NCBI GenBank assembly: GCA_036380835.1 | Contig: DASVDZ010000081.1 | Coordinates: 18,749-82,748, forward strand | From: Candidatus Eiseniibacteriota bacterium | GTDB lineage: Bacteria > Eisenbacteria > RBG-16-71-46 > SZUA-252 | Direction: 5' to 3' | Length of the DNA stretch: 64,000 nt | Shown here: positions 29,775 to 44,172 of the stretch, piece by piece | How positions within the stretch are numbered: position 1 is the stretch's first letter | How the letters are laid out: every line of letters starts with the position of its first letter | Translations under genes and position numbers: made by a program | The notes under the pieces: model-generated | The model's database searches: none | Told to the model about the DNA's origin: nothing | Seen by the model: only the letters and a program-made list of their open reading frames with translations

Positions 29775-31103
29775 ATGCCATCCCCCGTCCGCATCGGTCT
29801 CCTGGGCTGCGGCGTCGTGGGCGCGGGATTCCTCCGCCTGCTCGGCGAGCGCACGCGCGCGGCCGAGGACGCCGTCGGGGCGCCGCTCCGCGTGACGCGG
29901 CTCGCGGTGCGCGATCCGAAGAAGCGCCGGGCCGTCGACCTCGAGGGGGTCGACGTGACGACCGACCCGATGGAGGTGGCGGCGGCGGAGGACGTCGACC
30001 TCCTCGTCGAGCTGATGGGCGGCGCCGAGGCCTCCTACGCGCCGGTCAAGCGGGCGCTCGATCGCGGCGCCTCGGTCGTCAGCGCGAACAAGCACCTGCT
30101 CTCGATCCACGGACCCGAGCTCGAGGCGCTTGCCCGCGCCCGCGGCGTCGCGCTCCGATACGAAGCCTCGGTCGCCGGAGTGATCCCCGTGCTCCAGGCG
30201 CTCGATCACGGGCTTCGGACCGAGCGCTTCACCCTCCTGGTCGGGATCCTGAACGGGACCACCAACTACATCCTCTCCACGATGGAGCGCGAGGGGCGGG
30301 ACTTCGGCGAGGCGCTCGAAGCGGCGCGCGAGCTCGGATTCGCGGAGGCCGACCCCACGCTCGACCTCTCGGGCGAGGACACGGCGCAGAAGCTCACGAT
30401 CCTGGCGCGCCGCGCTTTCCGCGCCCCGGTGCCGCACGGATCGATACCGACCGAGGGGATCGTCGGGATGGAGCTCGAGGACCTCCGCCAGGCCGACCGC
30501 TTCGGTTACGTGGTGAAGCTGCTCGGGATCGGAATGCGCACCGACGAGGGGATCGACCTCCGCGTCCATCCGGCCTTCATCCCCAGGCGCTACCTCCTCG
30601 CCTCCGTCAGGGACGAGTTCAACGGCGTCTACCTTCGCGGCGACGCCTCGGGGTCGATGCTCCTCTACGGCAAGGGCGCGGGAGCGCTCCCGACCGGCCA
30701 GGCCGTGCTCGGCGACGTGCTCGCGGTCGCGCGCGAGATCCGCCTCCGCGAGGCGGCCGGCGCGGGGGCCGCGCCGCACGGCGGGCCGGAGCCGCGCGCG
30801 CGCGGCGGCGGCGACCGGCCGGAGGACGAGCGGCTGCCGTCCGACCTCGTTCGGACCAAGTACTACGTCCGCCTCCTGGTCGAGGACCAGCCGGGCGTCC
30901 TCGCCCAGATCGCGCACCGCCTCGGCGCCTCGCGGGTCAGCGTCGCGCAGATGTTCCAGGCGCCGGGGGTGCGCGGCGAGGCCTCGATCACCATCCTCAC
31001 GCACGAGACCCGGGACCGCGAAGCCCGAGACGCGATCCAGGCGATCGCCTCGCTCCCCGCGGTGCGGAAGTCGCCGCGCGCGATCCGGATCTTCGACCTG
31101 TGA
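29775..31103 (+). CDS. hom: Homoserine dehydrogenase (with C-terminal ACT domain)
   Basis: VRIGLLGCGVVGAG NAD-binding motif, ...SVVSANKHLL..., ...GILNGTTNYIL..., and a C-terminal ACT region. Confidence 0.9.
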   Translation: MPSPVRIGLLGCGVVGAGFLRLLGERTRAAEDAVGAPLRVTRLAVRDPKKRRAVDLEGVDVTTDPMEVAAAEDVDLLVELMGGAEASYAPVKRALDRGASVVSANKHLLSIHGPELEALARARGVALRYEASVAGVIPVLQALDHGLRTERFTLLVGILNGTTNYILSTMEREGRDFGEALEAARELGFAEADPTLDLSGEDTAQKLTILARRAFRAPVPHGSIPTEGIVGMELEDLRQADRFGYVVKLLGIGMRTDEGIDLRVHPAFIPRRYLLASVRDEFNGVYLRGDASGSMLLYGKGAGALPTGQAVLGDVLAVAREIRLREAAGAGAAPHGGPEPRARGGGDRPEDERLPSDLVRTKYYVRLLVEDQPGVLAQIAHRLGASRVSVAQMFQAPGVRGEASITILTHETRDREARDAIQAIASLPAVRKSPRAIRIFDL

Positions 31104-32173
31104 CCCTCCGGGGCCCGGCTCCCTGGCGCGGGATCGTCCGCGAGTTCCGCGAGATCCTCCCGCCCGTCCCCGAGGACGCGATCGTCACGCTCCTCGAAGG
31201 GAACACGCCGCTCGTGCCCGCGCCCCGCCTCGCCGCGCGCCTCGGCGGCGGGATCGAGCTCTACCTCAAGGTCGAAGGGCAGAACCCGACCGGCTCGTTC
31301 AAGGATCGCGGCATGACCGTCGCCGTCTCGCGCGCGGTCGCGGCGGGGGTGAAGGCCGTCCTCTGCGCCTCGACCGGCAACACGTCGGCGTCGGCGGCGG
31401 CCTACGCCGCGCGGCGCGGGCTCCGCTGCGTCGTCGTGATCCCGGGCGGGCAGATCGCGCTCGGCAAGCTGGCGCAGGCGATGATCTACGGCGCCCACGT
31501 CGTGGCGGTGAAGGGGAATTTCGATCGCGCGCTCGAGATGGTGCGCGCGCTCGCGGACGAGGGAACGGTCGCCGTCGTGAACTCGATCAACCCCGACCGG
31601 ATCGAAGGGCAGAAGACGATCGCGTACGAGATCGTCGCCGCGCTCGACGGCCGGGTCCCCGACGTCCACGCGCTCCCGGTCGGGAACGCGGGGAACATCA
31701 CCGCCACCTGGAAGGGATACGTCGAGCGGGACCGGACCGAGGGCGGCGGCCGCCCGAGGATGCTCGGCTTCCAGGCCGAGGGGGCCGCGCCGATCGTGCG
31801 GGGCGAGCGCGTCCTCGAGCCGAAGACCCTCGCGACCGCGATCAAGATCGGGAACCCGGCGTCCTGGGAAGGGGCGCTCCGGGCGCGAGACGAATCGGGA
31901 GGCCGGATCGAGATGGTCACGGACGACGAGATCGTGGCCGCCTACCGGCTCCTCGCCGAGCAGGAGGGCGTCTTCGTGGAGCCCGCGTCGGCCGCCGGCA
32001 TCGCGGGGCTCCTCAAACAGGGCGCCTCGGGCGCGCTTCGCGGCGTTCGGCTCGCGGTCGCCACGGTCACCGGCCACGGCCTCAAGGACCCCGAGCGCGC
32101 CGTCCAGGTCTCGCCCGAGATCGAGACGGCGGAGGTCGACCTTGCCGCGCTCCGGAGGATCCTCGTCCCGTGA
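31100..32173 (+). CDS. thrC: Threonine synthase
   Basis: PLP-lysine motif ...[11 protein letters not shown]..., ...[11 protein letters not shown]...; GTG start overlapping the hom stop. Confidence 0.9.
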   Translation: MTLRGPAPWRGIVREFREILPPVPEDAIVTLLEGNTPLVPAPRLAARLGGGIELYLKVEGQNPTGSFKDRGMTVAVSRAVAAGVKAVLCASTGNTSASAAAYAARRGLRCVVVIPGGQIALGKLAQAMIYGAHVVAVKGNFDRALEMVRALADEGTVAVVNSINPDRIEGQKTIAYEIVAALDGRVPDVHALPVGNAGNITATWKGYVERDRTEGGGRPRMLGFQAEGAAPIVRGERVLEPKTLATAIKIGNPASWEGALRARDESGGRIEMVTDDEIVAAYRLLAEQEGVFVEPASAAGIAGLLKQGASGALRGVRLAVATVTGHGLKDPERAVQVSPEIETAEVDLAALRRILVP

Positions 32174-33084
32174 TCCGCTGGAGCGCGACCGCGCCCGCGT
32201 CGACGTCGAATCTCGGTCCCGGGTTCGACTGTCTCGGCCTCGCGCTCCGGATCCCGCTCACGGTCACCGCGACTCGGATCCCCGAGGGATTCCGGATCGA
32301 GCGTCTCGGGGAGGGGGAGGACCTCGCCCTCGATCCGCATCGCGATTCGGTGCTCGGCGCGTACCGGCGCCTCTTCCGCGTCGCGGGGCGCCCGGTCCCC
32401 ACGGTGGCGCTCCGCATCCGATCGTCGATTCCGGTGGCGCGCGGCCTCGGGTCGAGCGCGGCCGCGATCGTCGCGGGGCTCACGCTCGCGAACCACTGGA
32501 TGCGGGGCCGCTTCGACCGGGACGCGCTCCTTCACGAAGCGATCGCGATCGAGGGGCATCCGGACAACGTCTCGGCGTCGCTCCTGGGCGGGCTCACGCT
32601 CTCCCTCCCGACGGGCGGCGGGGCCGTGACGTCGCTCCCGCTCCCCGCGCCGCGCGGCCTCGGCATCACGCTCGTCGTGCCCGAGATCCGGGTGAGCACC
32701 GAGCAGGCGCGCGCCCTCCTTCCGGCGTCGATCGCGCTCCGCGACGCGGCCGCCAACACCGCCCGGGCGCTCGCGCTCCTCCACGCGCTTCGCGCGAAGC
32801 GCTTCGATCTCTTGGCCGACGCGCTCGAGGACGTGTACCATGTGCCGCATCGCGCCCGCCTCATCCCCGCGTACGATCGCGTGGCCAAGGCGGGACGGAG
32901 CGCCGGCGCGTACGGCGTGACGATCAGCGGCAGCGGCCCCACCCTCCTGGCGTTCCACGCGCCGGGCGCGGGCGGCCGCGTCGGCGCCGCCATGGTCCGC
33001 GCGTTCGCGCGCGCTCGCGTTCGCGCCCGCGCGATTCCGGGGCGGATCGACGCGCGCGGCGCCCGCGCCCGCACCCTACGGTAA
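32170..33084 (+). CDS. thrB: Homoserine kinase (GHMP family)
   Basis: ...[14 protein letters not shown]... and the GHMP motif [11 protein letters not shown]; GTG start overlapping the thrC stop. Confidence 0.85.
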   Translation: MIRWSATAPASTSNLGPGFDCLGLALRIPLTVTATRIPEGFRIERLGEGEDLALDPHRDSVLGAYRRLFRVAGRPVPTVALRIRSSIPVARGLGSSAAAIVAGLTLANHWMRGRFDRDALLHEAIAIEGHPDNVSASLLGGLTLSLPTGGGAVTSLPLPAPRGLGITLVVPEIRVSTEQARALLPASIALRDAAANTARALALLHALRAKRFDLLADALEDVYHVPHRARLIPAYDRVAKAGRSAGAYGVTISGSGPTLLAFHAPGAGGRVGAAMVRAFARARVRARAIPGRIDARGARARTLR

Positions 33085-33101
33085 GGAGACCGGCACCCCC
33101 C

Positions 33102-34319
33102 TTGGCCTTGCTCGTCCAGAAGTACGGCGGCACCTCGGTCGGAACCCCCGAGCGGATCCAGGCCGTCGCCGACCGGATCGTGCGCACGCGGCGCCAGGGG
33201 ACCGACCTCGTCGTCGTCGTCTCCGCGATGGGGGACGCGACCGACGATCTCCTGGCGCTCGCCCGCAAGGTCTCCGCGCGGAGCCACCCTCGCGAGATGG
33301 ACATGCTGCTGACGGCGGGGGAACGAATCTCCATGGCGCTCGTCTCGATGGCCGTGAACGACCTCGGCCAGGAGGCGGTCTCCTTCACCGGATCGCAGAG
33401 CGGCATCGTGACCGACACCTCGCACACCCGCGCGAAGATCCTGGAGGTGAAGGCCGACCGGATCCGCGAGGAGCTGAAACGCGGGCGCGTCGTGATCGTG
33501 GCGGGGTTCCAGGGGGTGAGCCGCGAGCGCGAGGTGACGACGCTGGGGCGCGGCGGGTCGGATACGACCGCCGTGGCGCTCGCGGCGGCGCTCCACGCCG
33601 CGGAATGCGAGATCTACACCGACGTGGACGGGGTCTACACCGCCGATCCGCGGATCGTGCCCCAGGCCCGCAAGCTCCGCGCGCTCTCCTACGACGAGAT
33701 GCTGGAGCTGGCCTCGCTGGGGGCGCGGGTGCTGCACAACCGCTCGGTCGAGATCGCGCGCCGGTTCGGCGTGCCGGTCCACGTGCGGTCCAGCTTCAAC
33801 TGGAACGAGGGGACGCGCATCGTGAAGGGAGACTCGATGGAGCAGGTCGTCATTCGGGGCATCGCCCACGATCCCGACGTGGCCAAGGTGGCGCTGCTGG
33901 GCGTTCCCGACCGGCCCGGCGTCGCGGCCGAGATCTTCCGCGCCGTGGGCGGCCAGGGGGTGAACGTCCGGATGATCGTGCAGGCGAGCGGGGCGGAGGG
34001 AAAGAACGACGTGACGTTCGCGGTCGGCACGCACGACGCGCAGTCGGTGCTGCCGATCGTCGAGGCGATGCGTCAGAAGCTGGGGGCCCGGGCGTTCGTC
34101 TACGACCCGGACGTGGCGATTCTCTCGGTCGTGGGCGAGGGGCTGGCCACTTCACCGGGCACCGCGGGGCAGGTGTTCGAGGCGCTCGCGAAGGCGGGCG
34201 TCAACATCGAGCTGATCAGCACGTCGTCGATCACCATCACCTGCATCGTGCGCCAGTCCGACGCGGAGCGTGCGGTGCGCTCGCTGCACGAGGCGCTGGA
34301 GCTCGAACGGGAGCCGTAG
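33102..34319 (+). CDS. lysC: Aspartate kinase (monofunctional, with ACT domains)
   Basis: TTG start 13 nt after AAGGAG. ...[11 protein letters not shown]..., ...[16 protein letters not shown]..., two C-terminal ACT domains. The long N-terminal extension in track ORF 32142.. is alternate-frame junk. Confidence 0.9.
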   Translation: MALLVQKYGGTSVGTPERIQAVADRIVRTRRQGTDLVVVVSAMGDATDDLLALARKVSARSHPREMDMLLTAGERISMALVSMAVNDLGQEAVSFTGSQSGIVTDTSHTRAKILEVKADRIREELKRGRVVIVAGFQGVSREREVTTLGRGGSDTTAVALAAALHAAECEIYTDVDGVYTADPRIVPQARKLRALSYDEMLELASLGARVLHNRSVEIARRFGVPVHVRSSFNWNEGTRIVKGDSMEQVVIRGIAHDPDVAKVALLGVPDRPGVAAEIFRAVGGQGVNVRMIVQASGAEGKNDVTFAVGTHDAQSVLPIVEAMRQKLGARAFVYDPDVAILSVVGEGLATSPGTAGQVFEALAKAGVNIELISTSSITITCIVRQSDAERAVRSLHEALELEREP

Positions 34320-34338
34320 CGCGCGTCATGGGAGCGCC

Positions 34339-35091
34339 ATGGAGTTCAAGGACAAGCCATCGAGGCTCAGGCGCGGCGCCGCGCCGCCCGACGAGCGCGC
34401 GAGCCTATTCTTCCTCGCCGTCGCGTCGGCGCTCCACGCCGCGATCCTCCTCTTCTTCGTGAGCTGGGTGAAGGCGCCGATCGACGTGGCGCTGCCCGGC
34501 TCGAGCGGCCCGTCCGTGCCGCGGATGCGCCTGGTCCACCTCTCGCCCCTCCGGACGTTCCCCTCGGCGGAGGCCGCGGCGCCCGAGGCCGTCCAGGCGC
34601 GTCCCAAGCCCGCGCTCATCAAGCGCTACACGCCGGGCGCGAGGATCGAGGTGAAGCCGGAGCGCGGCCCGGCGCGGAAGAGCGCGAACGACGAATCGAA
34701 GACGGCCTCGCGCGAGGTCGCGCCCGCGCCGCAGGCCGATCTGATGCCGCGCTGGTGGTCGCCCGATTCGTCGCGCGCGGTCGGAGTGCGCACCGAGGGG
34801 GACTTCCGCTTCGCGTACTACCTCGCCGCGATCCGGAACAAGATCGGCTCCCGCTGGGTTCCACCTCCGGGGATCGACGCGCGCGGTCGCGTCGTGCACG
34901 CCACGCTCTACTTCCGAATCGGGCGCGACGGCCAAATTTCTGTCGCGCAAATCGAGAACTCGTCGGGCAATCCGTTCTTCGACCAGACCGCCATGCGGGC
35001 CCTGCTGGCCGCCACGCCCCTCCCGCCCTTGCCGGCGGGCTACGACAACGACTGGCTGGGAGTCCACTTTGGCTTCGACTATCAGCAGTAG
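34339..35091 (+). CDS. TolA/TonB-family energy-transducer-like protein (N-terminal TM anchor, Pro/charged linker, C-terminal TonB_C-like domain)
   Basis: TM LFFLAVASALHAAILLFFVSW, a proline-rich spacer, then C-terminal ...GRVVHATLYFRIGRDGQISVAQIENSSGNPFFDQTAMRALLAA.... It sits immediately upstream of tolB-pal. Confidence 0.65.
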   Translation: MEFKDKPSRLRRGAAPPDERASLFFLAVASALHAAILLFFVSWVKAPIDVALPGSSGPSVPRMRLVHLSPLRTFPSAEAAAPEAVQARPKPALIKRYTPGARIEVKPERGPARKSANDESKTASREVAPAPQADLMPRWWSPDSSRAVGVRTEGDFRFAYYLAAIRNKIGSRWVPPPGIDARGRVVHATLYFRIGRDGQISVAQIENSSGNPFFDQTAMRALLAATPLPPLPAGYDNDWLGVHFGFDYQQ

Positions 35092-36379
35092 CGTCCGGCG
35101 CGGCGCGGCCGCGCTCCTCGCCGGCCTCCTCGCCGCCGCGCCCGCCGCGGCGCCGACCGCGGTCGCCCAGACCGACGTCCGGATCGGCGTCAAGGCCTCC
35201 GGGACGGTCAAGTCGCCGCTCCTCCTCGCCACGTTCCGCGCCTCGGGCGCCGCCGCGGGCGCCGCCACCGACGCGCGGGCCGTCGCGCGCCGCGACTTCG
35301 ACCTCTCGGGCGTGTTCGCCGTGGCCGACGTCGACCCGCTCGACAAGAAGCTCGAGCCCGACCCCTCGCTCCAAGGCACCGTGCGCGTCGAGGGGACGGT
35401 GGAGGCCTCAGCCGGCGGCTTCCGGTTCACGGGGGAGGTCTTCGACCTCGCGACCGCCGAGTCGGTGCTTCGGCGCGCCTACCCCTTCACGCGGGAGACG
35501 GCGCGGATCACGATGCATCGGTTCGTGGACGACGTGCTCGAGCAGCTGACCGGGGAGCGCGGGATCTGCGAGACCCAGGTCGCGTTCGTCCGGGAGACGG
35601 GGCGGATCGAGGAGATCTGGGTCATGGACTACGACGGCGCGAATCCGAGGCAGATCACGCACGACCGGACGATCGCGCTCTCGCCCGCCTGGGCGCCCTG
35701 GGGCACCGAGCTCGCGTTCACGACGTACAAGCGGGGGAACCCGGACCTCTACCTCTTCGACCTGCACCGCGGCGCGTCGTATCCGTTCTCGACGCGGCCG
35801 GGCCCGAACATCGCCCCCTCCTACTCCCCCGACGGCAAGTGGATCGCGTGCGCGCTCTACCGCGACGGGAACTCCGAGATCTACCTGATCAGCCGGGACG
35901 CGCAGACCGCGCGCCGCCTGACGCGGAACGACCGGATCGATTCGTCGCCGTCGTTCAGTCCCACGGGCCGCGAGATCGTCTTCTCGTCCGACCGCTCCGG
36001 GTCGCCGCAGATCTACGTGATGGACGCCGACGGCGTGAACCAGCGGCTCCTCACGCTGGAGGGGAAGTACAACGACTCGCCGCGCTGGTCGCCGAAGGGG
36101 GACAAGATCGCGTACGCGGCGCGCCACGACGGATGGTTCGACGTGGTCGTGATGGATTCGGACGGCCAGAACCCCGTCCAGATCACCTCCAACGCGGGGC
36201 ACAACGAGAATCCCCAGTGGTCGGCGGATGGGCGAAAGATCTACTTCTCGAGCAGCCGTTCCGGGCGGAGGCAGATCTACGTCATGAACGCCGACGGAAG
36301 CGACGTCGTCCAGCTCACCCAGGGGGACGAGTGCTTCAATCCCGCGGCCGGCCCGAGGCCCCGCGGGTCGGTGAAGTAG
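35069..36379 (+). CDS. tolB: Tol-Pal system beta-propeller protein TolB
   Basis: Signal peptide, N-terminal TolB domain, then repeated PD40 blades (...PDLYLFDL..., ...SEIYLISRDAQTARRLT..., ...PQIYVMDADGVNQRLLT..., ...DVVVMDSDGQNPVQIT..., ...RQIYVMNADGSDVVQLT...). Confidence 0.9.
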   Translation: MASTISSSVRRGAAALLAGLLAAAPAAAPTAVAQTDVRIGVKASGTVKSPLLLATFRASGAAAGAATDARAVARRDFDLSGVFAVADVDPLDKKLEPDPSLQGTVRVEGTVEASAGGFRFTGEVFDLATAESVLRRAYPFTRETARITMHRFVDDVLEQLTGERGICETQVAFVRETGRIEEIWVMDYDGANPRQITHDRTIALSPAWAPWGTELAFTTYKRGNPDLYLFDLHRGASYPFSTRPGPNIAPSYSPDGKWIACALYRDGNSEIYLISRDAQTARRLTRNDRIDSSPSFSPTGREIVFSSDRSGSPQIYVMDADGVNQRLLTLEGKYNDSPRWSPKGDKIAYAARHDGWFDVVVMDSDGQNPVQITSNAGHNENPQWSADGRKIYFSSSRSGRRQIYVMNADGSDVVQLTQGDECFNPAAGPRPRGSVK

Positions 36380-36390
36380 CCTTCGGACCA

Positions 36391-36419
36391 TTGACGCTTC
36401 CGGGGAGCTGTGGTAGGGT
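36391..36419 (+). promoter_or_regulatory. Candidate sigma-70-type promoter for pal
   Basis: TTGACG-N17-TAGGGT, 60 nt upstream of the pal start. Confidence 0.3.
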
Positions 36420-36478
36420 GTCGAAGGTGCCGGAAGTCGTTGCGGCAAAACAATCTGACACGATTGGAGGACCGCACC

Positions 36479-37000
36479 ATGCGCCGAAAGCCAAGGATAG
36501 CGACGCTCGTTCTCGCGGGGGCCACCCTCGCGCTGACGGTGGCTCTGGGATGCGCTTCGAGGAAGCAGGTGACGACCGCCACGCCGGAGCCGACCCCGCC
36601 CCCGCCGACCGAGACGCCCGCGCCGCCGCAGGAGACCGCCCCGCCGCCGCCGCCGGCCGAGCAGCCGACGATGGCCCTCGAAGACGCCTTCTTCGACTTC
36701 GACGACGCGTCGCTTCGGCAGGACGCCAAGTCCGCGCTCGAGGGCGACGCGAAGTACCTCGAGAAGAACTCGAGCGCCAACGTCGTCATCGAGGGACACT
36801 GCGACGAGCGCGGATCGGTGGAGTACAACCTCGCGCTGGGCGAGAAGCGGGCCCGCGCCGCGAAGGACTACCTCGTCTCCTACGGGATCCCGGCCAACCG
36901 CATGACGACCATCTCCTACGGCAAGGAGCGGCCGTTCGATCCGGGCCACTCCGAGGACGCCTGGTCCAAGAACCGACGCGCCCATTTCGTGCCGAAATGA
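36479..37000 (+). CDS. pal: Peptidoglycan-associated lipoprotein Pal (OmpA-like C-terminal domain)
   Basis: GGAGGA RBS. Lipobox LALTVALGCAS, a Pro/Thr-rich linker, and the OmpA_C motif ...NVVIEGHCDERGSVEYNLALGEKRA... Confidence 0.9.
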   Translation: MRRKPRIATLVLAGATLALTVALGCASRKQVTTATPEPTPPPPTETPAPPQETAPPPPPAEQPTMALEDAFFDFDDASLRQDAKSALEGDAKYLEKNSSANVVIEGHCDERGSVEYNLALGEKRARAAKDYLVSYGIPANRMTTISYGKERPFDPGHSEDAWSKNRRAHFVPK

Positions 37001-37776
37001 ACCGGCGGCGCCGAACCCGTTCGATCGTCGTTCTCCTGGCCTCGGCCGGCGCGCTCGTCGCGCTGGCCGGGCCGGGGTGCGCCCCGGGCGGCTACTACAA
37101 CCAGAGCCAGAGCGCGCTCGACAGCCTCCTGACCTCGCAGGCCGATCTGATGCGCCGCGTGGACCGCCTCGACAAGAAGGTCGACACGACGCGCGAGAAC
37201 GTGCAGGCCTCGCGCGCCAGCGCCGACTCGCGCCTCGGGGAGCTGACGCAGCGGATGGACGTGATGGAGGGAAAGCTCGAGGCCTCCGGCATCCGCTTCA
37301 GCGAGCTGGCGCAGAAGGTCGACACGGTGAAGCAGAAGATCTCCTCCGCCGACAGCGCGCGCGTCGCGCAGGGTCTCGCCCCCCGCGACACGACGGGCAT
37401 TCCCGATCCGGAGGCCGCGTACCAGGCCGCCTACTCCGACATCGCGTCGGGGCGCTACGATCTCGCCCGCCAGGCCTTCCAGCAGTACCTCGCCCACTAT
37501 CCGGATACCGAGGAGTCCGACAACGCCCAGTACTGGATCGGCGAGTGCGCCTACGCGACGGGCGACTTCCAGGGGGCGATCGTGGGATTCGAGCGGGTCG
37601 TCCTCCACTACCCGAAGGGGGACAAGGTCCCCGCGGCGCTGTTCAAGATCGGCGTCTCCCACGCGCGGCTCGGCCACAACGAGGACGCGAAGAAGTACTT
37701 CCGCATGGTGATCCAGAGGTTTCCGAGGAGTCCCGAGGCCTCCCTCGCGAAGGAGCGGCTGAGCCAGATCCCGTAA
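36997..37776 (+). CDS. cpoB: Tol-Pal-associated TPR protein CpoB/YbgF
   Basis: ATG overlaps the pal stop (ATGA). Signal peptide, an N-terminal coiled coil, and C-terminal TPR repeats (...[27 protein letters not shown]..., ...[26 protein letters not shown]...). Confidence 0.8.
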   Translation: MNRRRRTRSIVVLLASAGALVALAGPGCAPGGYYNQSQSALDSLLTSQADLMRRVDRLDKKVDTTRENVQASRASADSRLGELTQRMDVMEGKLEASGIRFSELAQKVDTVKQKISSADSARVAQGLAPRDTTGIPDPEAAYQAAYSDIASGRYDLARQAFQQYLAHYPDTEESDNAQYWIGECAYATGDFQGAIVGFERVVLHYPKGDKVPAALFKIGVSHARLGHNEDAKKYFRMVIQRFPRSPEASLAKERLSQIP

Positions 37777-37801
37777 CCCCCGCCGCCCGGACGGTTGCCG
37801 C

Positions 37802-40420
<2,619 letters not shown>

Positions 40421-40421
40421 C

Positions 40422-40438
40422 GCTTCCGGAGCGCGGAA
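40422..40438 (+). terminator. Short hairpin after clpB
   Basis: CTTCCG-gagcg-CGGAAG, 1 nt after the clpB stop. No T-tract follows, so this is a weak call. Confidence 0.25.
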
Positions 40439-40520
40439 GTAGCGTGGCGGTTCGCCAATTTCCGGAGAATCCGCAGCTTACGTCGCCTCCCGCCGGTCCG
40501 GCCGGTGATCCGGGGTCGCC

Positions 40521-40985
40521 ATGCGCCTGTCCGAGCTGATCAACGAACAATCGGTGCGGCTCTCGCTCGAAGCGCGCGAGAAGGAAGCGTGCATCAAGGA
40601 GCTGGTCCAGCTCCTCGAATCGGCGCACGGCGTCAACACCAAGGGCGAGATCCTGAGCAAGGTGCTGCAGCGCGAGTCGATGATGTCGACCGGGATCGGC
40701 AACGGCGTCGCGATCCCGCACGGCAAGACGCGGCTCCTCGATCACCTGGTGGCCGCCTGCGGCGTCTCTCCCGCCGGGATCGACTTCGATTCCATGGACG
40801 GAGAGCCGGCGACCCTGTTCATCCTCCTCGTCTCCCCCGAGAGCCTCCGCGGCCCCCACGTGAAGGCGCTGGCGAACGTTTCGCGGCTCCTCAAGGAGGA
40901 GTCGGTTCGGGCCGCGCTCCGGCAGTGCGGGTCCCCCTCGGAGTTCCTGGCGACCCTGCGCGACGCCGAGCAGCGATATCTGTAG
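40521..40985 (+). CDS. ptsN: PTS EIIA-Ntr-type nitrogen regulatory protein
   Basis: PTS_EIIA_2 fold with the phosphorylatable His in ...GIGNGVAIPHGK.... 154 aa, no other PTS genes nearby. Confidence 0.8.
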   Translation: MRLSELINEQSVRLSLEAREKEACIKELVQLLESAHGVNTKGEILSKVLQRESMMSTGIGNGVAIPHGKTRLLDHLVAACGVSPAGIDFDSMDGEPATLFILLVSPESLRGPHVKALANVSRLLKEESVRAALRQCGSPSEFLATLRDAEQRYL

Positions 40986-41095
40986 CGCGCCGGTGGCCGG
41001 AGGGCCTGTAACGGCCGGTTGACGCCGCGTAGGGGGGCTTGGTACCGTTCCCCTCGTTCCACGCCGCGTCCCCCAGAAAGGAGTATTTCCCTTCC

Positions 41096-42460
41096 ATGAG
41101 GCTGTTTCGAGGATTGTGGGTGGGGGCCAGCCTCCTCCTGGTCCTGGCAGGCTGTTCGAACAAGAGCGACAAGGTCAAGGGCGGAGGAACCTACACCCCG
41201 CTCATCACCGGCATCTCCATCAGCACCGAGCCGGCGGTGCGGGGGATCCCCAACCAGGTCACGGTGCTCGTGACCAACGTGAACGGCCTCCCGATCACGT
41301 ACCACTGGAAGGCGGCGTCCGGAGCGATGACCGACACGACGGCCGCGACCGCGACGTGGACCCCGCCCGACACGATCGGGACGTACGACCTCACGGTCTC
41401 GATCCAGGCCGAGGAGGGGGACAACCACTACTTCAAGACGGAGACGTACCACGTCTACGTCGACAACGAATTCGAGCGCTGGACCCGGTCGGAGGCGATC
41501 CAGATGGACGAGGCGCCGATCCCGGGCGGCGGCTTCCTCTACTCGGAGATCCGGAACAACGCCACGGGAGAGTCGGACGTCTGGCGCATCGACACCCCGG
41601 GCGGCGGCTCGACTCAGCTGACGCACGGATTCTTCAGCGCCACCTCGCCGACGCCGCGCGCGGACAAGGCCGTGTTCGATTTCCGGGCCGTCGCGACCGG
41701 GTCGGCGGGATTGCCGGGCCTCTGGCAGCTTCCCTGGGGCGGCGGCGACTCGACCACGGCGCTGCTCCTGGCGCGGGCGAACGGCAACGACCAGCGTTCG
41801 CTCGTCTGCCCCCGCTTTTCCCGGACGGCGGCGTACCTCCTCTACGGCACCGACTCGGTCGGCTTCGGCTACACCGCGGACTATCCGCACCCGACCTTCC
41901 GCGAAGCGGGCGCCCTCATCACAGCTCCCTACCGCCTGATGGGGGTCGACTCAACGGGCAGCATCGTTCTCGGATCCGTGGGATTCCCGTTCATGAATTG
42001 GGGCGGGCCGGACGGCAACAGCGACGGCATTCCCGACTCGGTGATCGCCCAGGGGGTGGAGTTCCTGGGGTTGCAAGGGAACGAGCGGAACATAGGCCTG
42101 TACAAGTTCGCCAGCGACGTCGAGCTCCATGTGAACGACGATCCGCTGCCGTTCTTGAGCGACCCGACCGCCGGCGACCCGGATTGGTCCCCGGACGGCC
42201 AGCACATCGTCTTCACGAAGAGGAACGGCATCGCGGGCGACCGGGACATCTGGATCATCAACGCGCACTCGAGCGATCCGGCCAGCGCGCTCCGCGTCAC
42301 CTTCGGCCCCGCGGACGACTCGCATCCCCGCTTCTCGGAGGACGGCTCGACGATCTACTTCATCTCGAATCGCGCGGACCGCTACGGATTGAACGGCGTC
42401 TTCGGCACGGAGCGTCGGGGCACGAACATCTGGAGCGTGGAACGCTTTGACAAACCCTAG
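41096..42460 (+). CDS. Lipoprotein with C-terminal TolB-like/PD40 beta-propeller repeats
   Basis: AAAGGAG RBS. Lipobox LLLVLAGCSNK. The C-terminal blades read ...DPDWSPDGQHIVFTKRNGIAGDRDIWIINA... and ...PRFSEDGSTIYFISNR... Confidence 0.6.
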   Translation: MRLFRGLWVGASLLLVLAGCSNKSDKVKGGGTYTPLITGISISTEPAVRGIPNQVTVLVTNVNGLPITYHWKAASGAMTDTTAATATWTPPDTIGTYDLTVSIQAEEGDNHYFKTETYHVYVDNEFERWTRSEAIQMDEAPIPGGGFLYSEIRNNATGESDVWRIDTPGGGSTQLTHGFFSATSPTPRADKAVFDFRAVATGSAGLPGLWQLPWGGGDSTTALLLARANGNDQRSLVCPRFSRTAAYLLYGTDSVGFGYTADYPHPTFREAGALITAPYRLMGVDSTGSIVLGSVGFPFMNWGGPDGNSDGIPDSVIAQGVEFLGLQGNERNIGLYKFASDVELHVNDDPLPFLSDPTAGDPDWSPDGQHIVFTKRNGIAGDRDIWIINAHSSDPASALRVTFGPADDSHPRFSEDGSTIYFISNRADRYGLNGVFGTERRGTNIWSVERFDKP

Positions 42461-42511
42461 GCTCGTTCGCGGCGGAGGCGCCCGCCGGGGCGCCCCCGCC
42501 GACGGCCGACC

Positions 42512-43707
<1,196 letters not shown>

Positions 43708-43711
<4 letters not shown>

Positions 43712-44172
43712 TTCCCGGCGGGGCGCCCGCGGGCGCGGACGGCGACTCCCGCCCCCGGCGCCGCCTCTTCCTCGAGTACTGGCTGCCCGTGCTCCTCTAC
43801 GTCGGGCTCATCTTCTCCCTTTCGTCCATCCACGGATCGTCGATCCCCACGTTCTTTCCGAACGTGGACAAGCTCGAGCACTTGTTGGAGTATTCGCTAT
43901 TCGGTCTCCTGGCGGGACGGGCGATCCGGTTCACGCTGGGCGGCGGACGACGCGCCTTGGCCGTGGGCGGAACGCTCGGCATGGGCGCGCTGGTCGGCGC
44001 GCTCGACGAGATCTACCAGCGCCGGGTCCCGGGGCGCAGCTCCGATCCGACCGACTGGCTCACCGACGTCGCGGCGGTGGGGCTCGCGATCCTGTTCACC
44101 CAGGTCGTGACCGCCCGGTCCGCCGCGAGCCTCCGTTCCCGAACCGAGAAGGGCGGCATCCCCCGACGATGA
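43708..44172 (+). CDS. Small VanZ-family membrane protein
   Basis: TTG start overlapping the upstream stop (TTGA), in frame with track ORF 43267... ...LEYWLPVLLYVGLIFSLSS..., ...KLEHLLEYSLFGLL..., ...ALDEIYQRRVPGRSSDPTDWLTDVAAV..., which is VanZ-like. Confidence 0.5.
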
